A stretch of 63,788 nucleotides of DNA, the filler included, from Lama guanicoe (lineage: Eukaryota), in assembly GCA_013239625.1 (NCBI GenBank). It is 170 parts of 170 records of this genome, joined end to end, with 100 filler letters (N's around TTAATTAATTAA, not from the genome) between each part and the next. Parts side by side here need not be neighbours in the genome. Positions count along the whole stretch, not along the records: positions 1 to 275 come from PNXV01052060.1; positions 376 to 650 come from PNXV01052061.1; positions 751 to 1,025 come from PNXV01052062.1; positions 1,126 to 1,400 come from PNXV01052063.1; positions 1,501 to 1,775 come from PNXV01052064.1; positions 1,876 to 2,150 come from PNXV01052065.1; positions 2,251 to 2,525 come from PNXV01052066.1; positions 2,626 to 2,900 come from PNXV01052067.1; 162 more parts are not named here. One strand, written 5' to 3'. The translations under genes were made by a program, and so were the position numbers. Of the stretch, positions 1-11,110 are shown piece after piece. Within the stretch, counting starts at the first letter, position 1. Every line of letters starts with the position of its first letter. The notes under the pieces are model-generated. The model did no database searches. It had not been told where the DNA came from and saw nothing but the letters and a program-made list of their open reading frames with translations.

Positions 1-1125
1 TTGACTCAAACTTGTGCAAAATACAGGCTGCACTGCTCCTTGGGTGGCAGAAAAGGTGGTACCAGCAAGATATAAGATATAATATTAGAACGAAGAACGC
101 TTTGAAGTTAGGGATTATACTGCAACCTATAGGCCTGTAGAGACAGGAAGGGGCAGAAATAAATAAATGTGACTTTTTGGTAGACTCAGTGAGGCTGGTC
201 TAACTGGATAGAGAGTATTGTGTTACAGGGTAGTGGAATATAGCAATTTTTAACTGCTTAGATAAGAACTTTAATNNNNNNNNNNNNNNNNNNNNNNNNN
301 NNNNNNNNNNNNNNNNNNNTTAATTAATTAANNNNNNNNNNNNNNNNNNNNNNNNNNNNNNNNNNNNNNNNNNNNAAGATGTTTGCAGGAAATAATGAAA
401 AAATATGTAAATATATACACCCAGAAAAGTTTCTTCACATATAGAACAGTGAAATAAAAATATTAGAAACAAAGATTTTTTTTATGCTAACATTTAATCC
501 TAAGGGTGTATAGTAAAATGTGTTTGTACTACTGGTATGTTTTGTTAATAATGTGTTTTATGGTTAGTTCTCTTCCCCCAGAAACCTGTTTCTTTCCATA
601 TTAGCTTCTCTATTTATTTCAGTCTTTTTCTCACATGTGGCCTGCTCCATNNNNNNNNNNNNNNNNNNNNNNNNNNNNNNNNNNNNNNNNNNNNTTAATT
701 AATTAANNNNNNNNNNNNNNNNNNNNNNNNNNNNNNNNNNNNNNNNNNNNACACCTCAGCTGTGGTTGCAATTCAGTTTCAAGTGTACACTTGACCTTGG
801 ATAGGATGTCTAAAGTGCTTTTCCAGCCGAGATCCGGTGACAGTCACACAGTTCACCTTACACTGATACTCTACTGAACAGCAACTGACTAACTCACTTG
901 CTACGTCTGCAATCATTTTATGTGTGTCAAATATTTGCCATTGGCTGAATCTCTGCATACATATGTTTTCTAAAACAAAGAATCCTTTTCTCATGGAAGC
1001 AGTAACTTGCTATCCATCTTTGTTTNNNNNNNNNNNNNNNNNNNNNNNNNNNNNNNNNNNNNNNNNNNNTTAATTAATTAANNNNNNNNNNNNNNNNNNN
1101 NNNNNNNNNNNNNNNNNNNNNNNNN

Positions 1126-1215
1126 TTTTTTTTATCCATTTATCTGTTATTGGACATTTAGGTTGCTTCCATGTCTTGTCTATTGTAAGTAGTGCTGCTA
1201 TGAACATTGGGGTGA
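1126..1215 (-). mobile_element. LINE-1 ORF2 3' region fragment
   Basis: ttatccatttatctgttattggacatttaggttgcttccatgtcttg...gctgctatgaacattggggtg is the standard antisense L1 3' ORF2 text. Confidence 0.85.
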
Positions 1216-1317
1216 ATTCTGAGACTCTTATGTAGCCTTATGCATCTCAGAGGTAACACCACTTGGCAAAATAATCTTCAGACTTTATAATTGTTAAATA
1301 CATTAAAACTTGCAGTT

Positions 1318-1400
1318 CATAGATAAACAACAGGTTTCTCCTGTATAGCACAGGAAACTATATTCAATATGTTGTAGTAACCTATAATTAAAAAAATATG
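1318..1400 (+). mobile_element. Artiodactyl-type LINE-1 3' UTR fragment
   Basis: tgtatagcacaggaaactatattcaatatgttgtagtaacctataat motif shared with other L1 tails in the window. Confidence 0.85.
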
Positions 1401-3009
1401 NNNNNNNNNNNNNNNNNNNNNNNNNNNNNNNNNNNNNNNNNNNNTTAATTAATTAANNNNNNNNNNNNNNNNNNNNNNNNNNNNNNNNNNNNNNNNNNNN
1501 GCTAATTCATACACCTTCCCTGAACTCTCTCTTTACGACCTGGCCTTACATGACACCTGCTTCTCCCCTCAAGGGACTGATCATTTTCCTTTGACTTACG
1601 TGCTGCAGGGCAAAAGGGTGCATCTGGAGTTCTTCCTGAAGTCCTGTGCCAATTCCAGATCATTGATTTTTTTTCTATCCTCTTGCAAAAGCTCTTCTTC
1701 CGTCCATGATGTGTATTATGTGCCTTGCCTTACGCACAATTTCCTGCTGCTATTTACAGAGCCAGCTCACTCTCCNNNNNNNNNNNNNNNNNNNNNNNNN
1801 NNNNNNNNNNNNNNNNNNNTTAATTAATTAANNNNNNNNNNNNNNNNNNNNNNNNNNNNNNNNNNNNNNNNNNNNCAGCCTCTCCAGCATTTGTCATTTT
1901 TGGATTTTTGAATGACGGCATTTCATTGTTTCTTGCATTATCATGAACATGAGTTCTGAAATAATTCCTTCTTTTGCCAGAAACATAAATTTCTTCTCAG
2001 TTGGATTATTCCCCTAAATATATATGTTCTAATAATTCACATTAATTTTTTAAAACTCCCTTGATTTCACATACCCATTTATTGGCTCATTCCTCTGCTC
2101 CTCTTCATAGGAAACATATGCACATTTTCCCCCCATCTCCACAAATACCANNNNNNNNNNNNNNNNNNNNNNNNNNNNNNNNNNNNNNNNNNNNTTAATT
2201 AATTAANNNNNNNNNNNNNNNNNNNNNNNNNNNNNNNNNNNNNNNNNNNNGGGGACAGAGGAATTCCAGCTCCTGATTGTCTTGTCTGTCCCAGCCCATC
2301 AACGACCCTGCGGGATGGTTAATATCATTCCAGTTTTGCAGATTAGGAAAAAGGCTGAAAGAGGCTGGGGCTGGGTTTGGGAGCACAGTTAATTTAAATG
2401 CCGCTGGACCCCTCACTTCCCATTGCCTGAAGACACCATAGTCTTCACTGGGACCCTTGTGGCCCCCTGACAGCCTAGCACCCTGATCAAAGGGCCCCTG
2501 CGGAAGTGGGAACCCCTCTGAGTGTNNNNNNNNNNNNNNNNNNNNNNNNNNNNNNNNNNNNNNNNNNNNTTAATTAATTAANNNNNNNNNNNNNNNNNNN
2601 NNNNNNNNNNNNNNNNNNNNNNNNNTCAGTCTAGCCCAATTACCTGGCAAGACATCTTCAACAGCATCCTACCAGTGCTACTGAGTCCCTTTGGTAAACT
2701 CCAAATCCAGAGGGTGGCTAGAACAGGAAAGGGGATCATAACTGAACCGAGATTTGCATTTAGTACATGTGCACTGAACACTGGTGATCGTTGCTGGTCC
2801 ACTGTCACAGGTCAGGGGATAAAGGAAGCCCATGCAGTGACCACTCACGGTCACCTGGGTGCCTGGACCAGACTGAAACTCCGCATCCTCAGGGCTCCCT
2901 NNNNNNNNNNNNNNNNNNNNNNNNNNNNNNNNNNNNNNNNNNNNTTAATTAATTAANNNNNNNNNNNNNNNNNNNNNNNNNNNNNNNNNNNNNNNNNNNN
3001 TTTTTTTTT

Positions 3010-3260
3010 CTAGCACTTCCTTACTTTCCAAAGACACTCCAGGATTATCTTGTATTTTCCTTGCCATAGCCCTGGAATCAACGACTTCTCCAGGGGCCCC
3101 TGGTCCCTTTTAATGAAGAATGGTACTTAGAAACCAAGATCTGGGTGCTAGGTGTGCTCACTGCTATTGGTCTGCCACTGCTTTGAGACCCCCCTCAACT
3201 TACAGAGCAAAAAAATATGTGTATACTAAGTCATATATACACATATCTATATTTTAAAAC
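3010..3260 (-). mobile_element. Ancient L1MC/L1MD-type 3' UTR fragment
   Basis: ccctggaatca...ttctccaggggcccctggtccctttt...agaaaccaagatctgggtgctaggtgtgctc recalled from the L1MC/MD 3' end consensus. Confidence 0.7.
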
Positions 3261-5769
3261 CTATCTATATTTTTTNNNNNNNNNNNNNNNNNNNNNNNNN
3301 NNNNNNNNNNNNNNNNNNNTTAATTAATTAANNNNNNNNNNNNNNNNNNNNNNNNNNNNNNNNNNNNNNNNNNNNTTCCAGGATGTGAAGAAAATATTCT
3401 TTGTCTTAAGAGGAGGGATCCCATTAAATGTTTGTAGACATTCAGTTGTGCTTCTGTGGGCAAACATCCTGTGATCCTCACATCTACCCAGGTGTGAATC
3501 TCAAAGCCTGCAGGTGTGATTTCCATCACAAAGTAAATAAGGAATAAATGAAGTTGTTAAATGTCAACTCTCTTAGATGAACCACTTTAACATTCTTCTC
3601 TTCAAAGACAGTCTTAGATTTTTCTTACTTGCCAATCCTATTTTTTGAAANNNNNNNNNNNNNNNNNNNNNNNNNNNNNNNNNNNNNNNNNNNNTTAATT
3701 AATTAANNNNNNNNNNNNNNNNNNNNNNNNNNNNNNNNNNNNNNNNNNNNCATGGAAAAAAAATCCTCTTATAATTTTGATTGAATTTTAAGTACTTTCG
3801 GAAAGAATTTAATTCTGCTATTATATAACTTTTCCTTTGGTGGACATAATTTACCTCTCCCTTTAGTTTTCTTTGATATCCTTAAATAATATTTTATATT
3901 TTCTTTAGTGTTTTTAACCTCATTCATCGGATTTGTTCTTAAAAATCTTAGTGTTTGTTTGCAATTGTGATTAAGACTTCCAAATATTAATGTTGCCTCA
4001 TTGGTTGTTCTTGGTTCCTACAAAGNNNNNNNNNNNNNNNNNNNNNNNNNNNNNNNNNNNNNNNNNNNNTTAATTAATTAANNNNNNNNNNNNNNNNNNN
4101 NNNNNNNNNNNNNNNNNNNNNNNNNTAACCCAGAAACTCATTCTTTCCAACACCACGGACCCTGCTTTGGCCCACGCTACCAGCATCTCTTCACTAGACT
4201 ACCACACAGGCCTCCCCACTGCTCCCAGCTCCAACCCAGGTGTGACCCACCCCACCACGCCTCCAGCCCAACGGCGGCCCTCAGCGTCACTTCCGGCTCC
4301 TTGGGGCAAATCGCGCGCCCTCTGCGCCCTGGCCCTGCCTCCCCGGCCTGGCACAGGGTGGTCGCTCGGTGCGTGCTGGCTACGTGCAGGCTACGTGCAG
4401 NNNNNNNNNNNNNNNNNNNNNNNNNNNNNNNNNNNNNNNNNNNNTTAATTAATTAANNNNNNNNNNNNNNNNNNNNNNNNNNNNNNNNNNNNNNNNNNNN
4501 AGGTTGGAGATGAAATGCCTGTAGTACAGTGCTCAGCCCTAACTTCCCCCACTCCTAACTCTACCTTGCATAGGACTAGAGATGGCTAGAGCATTTAATG
4601 TGATGAGTGAAATGACTATTTGTAGACAATGGATGGAAGGTGCTCTCTCCTCTTCTCTTCCCAGCCTCCACAGCAGTAAGATCAATGATATCAGAGTGGG
4701 TGCAGGGAAGAAGCGTCGGGGAGCGGGGTGATCAGGCTTAGGTTCCTGTAGGTTCCAAGCTACTGGGCTCTGCATNNNNNNNNNNNNNNNNNNNNNNNNN
4801 NNNNNNNNNNNNNNNNNNNTTAATTAATTAANNNNNNNNNNNNNNNNNNNNNNNNNNNNNNNNNNNNNNNNNNNNGGGATTATTGGTGTCGCAGCCTCGC
4901 CAGGAGCCCTGAAGAGGAGGACTTCACCCTCAAGGTGTGAGAACTTAGTGCTGCAAGGATCACGAAACTTGGCGAGTTCAAGAAGCTAGTGCAAGACGGG
5001 AAGCTGGGTGCCCCAGAGCGCTAAATGTGTCTTCAGATGAGCGGCTGCCCCAGCTGCGAATGGATGTCTGCGGAGAAGGCACAGGCAATATCCCCGAGCT
5101 GAGAGCATCACCCGGTCCCGAATCCTCCTTTCTTTCCTCTGTTTTGTTTTNNNNNNNNNNNNNNNNNNNNNNNNNNNNNNNNNNNNNNNNNNNNTTAATT
5201 AATTAANNNNNNNNNNNNNNNNNNNNNNNNNNNNNNNNNNNNNNNNNNNNGCCCCCTCTTGTAACCCCCATTTACATTTGGGTGGACTGGGAGCCAGACC
5301 CCACTCACCCGGACACAGGTTTACTGGGAGATGAGACTGGGGTCAGGGCATCACGCTTGCTGACGGAGCACCATGGTGGTAGATTGCAGTGTATAATAGC
5401 TCAGTGGTGTCATTGTCAGTGATGCGTTAGGCACCATGTGGCCTGTCCCTGGGGGTTCCCGGGCTCCACGTGCATGGCTCTGCTCCCTGTTTCCCAGGCT
5501 GGCCTGTTGGGGCACCTGTTGCACANNNNNNNNNNNNNNNNNNNNNNNNNNNNNNNNNNNNNNNNNNNNTTAATTAATTAANNNNNNNNNNNNNNNNNNN
5601 NNNNNNNNNNNNNNNNNNNNNNNNNAGACTAAGGAAGAAAAACAAAAAGTCATTCATAAGTGCCTTGAACCTTAGATTGCTCATGAGAGGAAGTGTCACA
5701 CAAGTGAGTGTCACAGCCACATACATAATGCCTGAATGGGAGGGGAGAAGGAGATCCTGAGATGAGACA

Positions 5770-5900
5770 ATAGTGTGAGTAACCTGGATTGTCCAGGTGG
5801 GCCGAATGTAACCACAGGGGTCCTTAAAATGGAGGACATAGCCCAGCTGATTTTAAAATCAGAGGGAGGTGTAGCCATGGAGCAGTGTTCAGAAAGGCTG
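5770..5900 (+). mobile_element. MaLR (MLT1-type) LTR fragment
   Basis: ctggattgtccaggtgggccgaatgtaaccacaggggtccttaaaatgga matches the MLT1C/D core. Confidence 0.7.
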
Positions 5901-6375
5901 NNNNNNNNNNNNNNNNNNNNNNNNNNNNNNNNNNNNNNNNNNNNTTAATTAATTAANNNNNNNNNNNNNNNNNNNNNNNNNNNNNNNNNNNNNNNNNNNN
6001 TCTGGAAGAGCACAGTCAGGCACAGCTCTGTTTCTGAGTTTGGATGGTGAAATACCTGGACATCTGCACAGCTTCCTTGCCTGTGCAGTATCTCCTTTGC
6101 TTAATCACATTTGCTGACCAATTGCTGGATGTATGCCATTATCATCATGAGAGTGGAGAATAGAGTCCAGAAACATCCCCTGGAAAAAATCAGAAGCAAG
6201 CTACATATAAGCCACTACATTGACACATATATTCCTTACAAATAGGTTTTTTCCCCAAACTCAAGTCAACCAAAGNNNNNNNNNNNNNNNNNNNNNNNNN
6301 NNNNNNNNNNNNNNNNNNNTTAATTAATTAANNNNNNNNNNNNNNNNNNNNNNNNNNNNNNNNNNNNNNNNNNNN

Positions 6376-6648
6376 TTTCCCCCAAACCGGGAACACCTGT
6401 GACTGAAGAGAGCTGCGTGGAGTTCTCTCTTGTCTCCCCCATGCACTGATTATAATTCCGGAATTCTGAGCATGGGAGTTTTCCACCAACGGTCGGCAGT
6501 GCGTGGGTTCTAACGGATTGCAAAAGCTCGTCTCCCCGGAGGGTTTTCCTAATGTCTGACGTCAAGGTAATTGTAGGAATCTGTGCTGCAATTCCCAGAG
6601 TCAGCGGATACCACCCCAAGGTTAAGGAATGTATTTCTCTGACTTCCC
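6376..6648 (+). repeat. ~267-bp satellite monomer (copy 1)
   Basis: 6490-6514 is identical to 24772-24796 and 6394-6409 is identical to 24941-24956, in circularly permuted order. TTCCC recurs at a 267-nt offset (6377/6644). Confidence 0.85.
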
Positions 6649-7123
6649 NNNNNNNNNNNNNNNNNNNNNNNNNNNNNNNNNNNNNNNNNNNNTTAATTAA
6701 TTAANNNNNNNNNNNNNNNNNNNNNNNNNNNNNNNNNNNNNNNNNNNNCAACAAAGGAATTCCATATTAGCAAATTACCACAAGAACCTGTTAGAGTCAA
6801 CTCGTTTTGATTTTATAATGAGAAATCCCATTAAGCAGGAAAAACTTTAAGTTGTGACTTAAAGTTTAAGGGAACATTCACTGATTCTCAAACTAAAGCA
6901 CTTAGCTTTGAGATTGCAGGTCAAGACTGCAGGGGAGAACGGATGTTTCTAAAACGTAAGCACAAATGTCACGTAACATACACCCCACTGCCAACTCTGC
7001 TCCCTAAACTCTCAGTGGCTGAGNNNNNNNNNNNNNNNNNNNNNNNNNNNNNNNNNNNNNNNNNNNNTTAATTAATTAANNNNNNNNNNNNNNNNNNNNN
7101 NNNNNNNNNNNNNNNNNNNNNNN

Positions 7124-7398
7124 AAAAAGACAACAAATAACAAGTGTTGGCAAAGATGTGGAGACAAGGGAACCTTCATGCACTACTGGTGGGAATGTAA
7201 ATTAGTGCAGCCAATGAATATGGAAAACAGTATGAATACTCAAAATACTAAAAGTAAAACTACCATACAACCCAACAATTCTACTTTTGGCTGTTTATCT
7301 GAAGAAAATGAGAATACTAATTTGAAAAGAAATTTGTACCCCTGTGTTCAATGCAACATTATTCACAATAGCTAAGATATGGAAGCAACTTAAGTGTC
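7124..7398 (+). mobile_element. LINE-1 ORF2 C-terminal (cysteine-rich) fragment, degenerate
   Basis: Translates KTTNNKCWQRCGDKGTFMHYWWECKLVQP, the L1 ORF2p C-domain motif. Confidence 0.92.
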
Positions 7399-8384
7399 NN
7401 NNNNNNNNNNNNNNNNNNNNNNNNNNNNNNNNNNNNNNNNNNTTAATTAATTAANNNNNNNNNNNNNNNNNNNNNNNNNNNNNNNNNNNNNNNNNNNNTG
7501 TCCTGGCTGACGGGGACGGATTTAGGGGGATGGGGAGACCCCCTCCCTGGATGCCCAGCTCCAGAGGTGGGGTGCATTTTTTGGGGGTGCTTCTCAGGTG
7601 AGGAGCTGAGGAAGCCATGTCCTCCAGCTGGATTCCCCACAAACCCCCGGCCGGCCTCCCTGAGGCTGGAGAGAGGAGTGGCTTCTACAGGAGGGGACTC
7701 CTGAGCAGGCTGGGCCCCTGCATAACTCTGACTCAGGAAACAACTGGAAACAACTGGAAACCACAGCTGAGGANNNNNNNNNNNNNNNNNNNNNNNNNNN
7801 NNNNNNNNNNNNNNNNNTTAATTAATTAANNNNNNNNNNNNNNNNNNNNNNNNNNNNNNNNNNNNNNNNNNNNAATACTATGCATGTCATAAAATTTTAT
7901 GTCCTATTTAAATTTCAGAAAACAATGTCAATAAACCTTGATTAAATTCTTGCCAACAGCTGAGTAAAATGTCAGTGGACAGTGCATAGCAAATTTACTG
8001 GAATTTGTATACATTTAATTCCATTTTTTTAATTTATCTGTTATCTCCTTAAAGGCAAGTAGCCCCTGGTCACTTCTGGACTGGGACCCTAATCAGCTCA
8101 GGAAATGTTTATATTTCAAACCAACAAAATATGAAACAGAAGTAAGGGNNNNNNNNNNNNNNNNNNNNNNNNNNNNNNNNNNNNNNNNNNNNTTAATTAA
8201 TTAANNNNNNNNNNNNNNNNNNNNNNNNNNNNNNNNNNNNNNNNNNNNTGTGTGGTTTATGGTTAGGGTTAGAGTGACAATTTGTGGAAATAGTTTGAAA
8301 AATTGCTATCTGTTGGTTTGATGTACGATAAATTGCCTCTGGTATTAATTTTCCTTTTATTCTTGTTAGTAATAGAACCCTCCT

Positions 8385-8500
8385 GAATTTTAGCTAGGTA
8401 CATGGCCTCCCTTGCAGCTAAATGTGGTTCTGTAATCATATTCGGGCCAATGGGATGTGAATGGAATGATGTGTGCATTGTCTGGGAAAGATAAAGTGGC
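8385..8500 (+). mobile_element. Ancient ERVL/MaLR LTR fragment (LTR16/LTR33/MLT1I-K-like)
   Basis: cctcccttgcagctaaatgtggttctgt...ggccaatgggatgtga motif. Confidence 0.55.
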
Positions 8501-9518
8501 TTGCCCCGATTCCCCTTTCTCCCNNNNNNNNNNNNNNNNNNNNNNNNNNNNNNNNNNNNNNNNNNNNTTAATTAATTAANNNNNNNNNNNNNNNNNNNNN
8601 NNNNNNNNNNNNNNNNNNNNNNNAATGGCCAGTTAGGACATATTTTGTCTCAACTTGCATCCCGTGAGAAAAAGGAACTCAAGATTAAAAAATAGAGCTA
8701 ATTTGTTTTATGGCATCTTGGAAGGACGTATAGGAAGAAGTATTAATCTATTCAATTATGTAACAAATGATTTTCTTAGGCAGTAAGCTGTTCTAAAAGA
8801 GTGATAAGTGTCTTTTATGGATCCAACATACTAGAAGTTGTTTTATAAGCATCTGACCAGTACAATGAATTATGGTGGATCCTGAATGCACAAAGAACNN
8901 NNNNNNNNNNNNNNNNNNNNNNNNNNNNNNNNNNNNNNNNNNTTAATTAATTAANNNNNNNNNNNNNNNNNNNNNNNNNNNNNNNNNNNNNNNNNNNNTG
9001 ACTCTGTGTGTGAGACTGTCATAGTTTTATATTAAACATCCCTTGAGTTTTATTTTGCTAATCCAAGTTGAAATTGTAATGCATTCTTTGAGCAACCAAA
9101 GTTAACATTTTAAATGAGCAGTGTAGTTTTTTTAAGTTTGTTGCACCTTATGAAATCATGCATGTCAAGTTTGTTCCTATTGCCAAATGTTATAGTTCTT
9201 TCCTTAATGTGGGCTTCTGCGTAATAACTTGTTTGTAGAAGATAATAGTTAAATGCAGTCAGGGTTTTGTTTANNNNNNNNNNNNNNNNNNNNNNNNNNN
9301 NNNNNNNNNNNNNNNNNTTAATTAATTAANNNNNNNNNNNNNNNNNNNNNNNNNNNNNNNNNNNNNNNNNNNNGGTTCATCTGCAAACGTAAGTGACACC
9401 GTCAGACCACTGGTGCCTGTGAGGGTGGCCCCGAGGCTGATGTCCAGGTTGTGGGGAGACAAGAGTGACAACAAGAGAGAGTAGAGGCAGTGAGAAGAGA
9501 ATTAGAGCTGGAAGAGGA

Positions 9519-9648
9519 GGTGTGTGTGTGTTGTGTATATGTGTGGTGTGTGTGGTGTGTGTGGTGTGTGTATGTATGTGTGTGTGTGGTGTGTGTACAT
9601 GTGTGTATGTGCATGTGGTGTGTGTGGTGTATATGTGTGTGCGTGTGG
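9519..9648 (+). repeat. Degenerate (TG)n / (TGTGG)n microsatellite
   Basis: Directly visible GT-rich low-complexity run; it explains the HT/VC-rich spurious ORFs here. Confidence 0.95.
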
Positions 9649-10123
9649 NNNNNNNNNNNNNNNNNNNNNNNNNNNNNNNNNNNNNNNNNNNNTTAATTAA
9701 TTAANNNNNNNNNNNNNNNNNNNNNNNNNNNNNNNNNNNNNNNNNNNNGCACTGAGGGTAGTGAGCAGGGGACTGGCACGACCCCTGCTCTGAAGCAAAC
9801 ATTCAGCTGGTGGGGACTAAAGCAGAGCACACAGGGTGGAGCTGGAGACCGGTCTGGAGGTGCAGGCAAGAATGACGGTCTCTGGGACCCAGGGGCAGCA
9901 GCAGAGCACCTGCCAGGGCCAGGCCCTGGGCACAGGCTGGGACATTAAACCAGCAAGACAGGGTCCCTGCCCTCAAGGGGAAGCAGTCTCTGTGTGTGTA
10001 TTTGTGGATGTGAGCATGGTGTGNNNNNNNNNNNNNNNNNNNNNNNNNNNNNNNNNNNNNNNNNNNNTTAATTAATTAANNNNNNNNNNNNNNNNNNNNN
10101 NNNNNNNNNNNNNNNNNNNNNNN

Positions 10124-10398
10124 TATGATAAGTGAAATAATTCAGAAAGAGAATGACAAATGCTGTATGATTCTGCTTATATTTGGAATTTAAAAGGAAT
10201 GAACATAACACAATAGAAAGTTAGATATAGATATATAAAGAAGCAGGTTGTTCACAAGAAGGAGGGAAATGGCGTGAATAAAAAGAAATATTTGTCAAAA
10301 TTTAAGAGAGAAAATCTTCCAGTTGCAAATTAAATGAGTCAGGGACAAAAAATGTGCTGTATGGGGAAAAGTAAATAACTATGAAATAACTTTAAATG
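10124..10398 (+). mobile_element. LINE-1 ORF2 end / 3' UTR fragment
   Basis: taagtgaaataattcagaaagagaatgacaaatgctgtatgattctgcttatatttggaat...cttccagttgcaaattaaatgagtc. Confidence 0.8.
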
Positions 10399-10873
10399 NN
10401 NNNNNNNNNNNNNNNNNNNNNNNNNNNNNNNNNNNNNNNNNNTTAATTAATTAANNNNNNNNNNNNNNNNNNNNNNNNNNNNNNNNNNNNNNNNNNNNTT
10501 CCTTTTTCCCCTTATGCCCTATATTTGGACAAGCTGCTATGAAAGGTGCTCCCTTCCTTGGTACAGGCTGGGAGTTAAAGCTGTGCCATCCTCTGAGTAT
10601 GCATGGAAACCTCATACCAACTACATCTCCTGAACAACATACAAACCCTTTTTATTAGTCTTCTCTTTGAATTCACAACACTTCAGCAGCAAGAACATCA
10701 GATCTGAGAAGAACTTCTTGTATTTATACAGTTTTTAGAATAGATAATAATAATATTTTATCAATTAAAGTTGNNNNNNNNNNNNNNNNNNNNNNNNNNN
10801 NNNNNNNNNNNNNNNNNTTAATTAATTAANNNNNNNNNNNNNNNNNNNNNNNNNNNNNNNNNNNNNNNNNNNN

Positions 10874-11110
10874 AGTTTCATTGTCATAATCAAAAAACTG
10901 AAACAATCCAAATGTCCATCAACAGGTTAATGGATGTACACATCAGGCATATTCAAACTGCTGAATTCTACTCAGTAACAAAAAGGAACGAATTACTGAT
11001 GTACACTACCACATGGTTGACGCTCATTAATCGAATTATGCTAATTAAAAGACGCCAGATGAAAAAATATTATATATACAATCCTTTTCTATAAACCTGT
11101 AGAAAATGTA
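10874..11110 (+). mobile_element. Old LINE-1 (L1M) 3' fragment
   Basis: aaaactgaaacaatccaaatgtccatcaacagg...aattctactcagtaacaaaaaggaacgaattactgat. Confidence 0.8.

Noticed and set aside
779..994. 71-aa ATG ORF on the minus strand
   Set aside because: No recognisable motif or splice signals; length within chance expectation.
2752..2825. Octamer ATTTGCAT with downstream GATAAA resembling an Ig light-chain promoter
   Set aside because: No leader-peptide exon follows, and an 8-mer is expected by chance (another occurs near 52749).
8255..8275. Telomere-like ggttagggttagag
   Set aside because: Only one perfect TTAGGG unit; not an array.
9402..9704. His/Thr- and Cys/Val-rich ORFs
   Set aside because: Translations of a (TG)n microsatellite.
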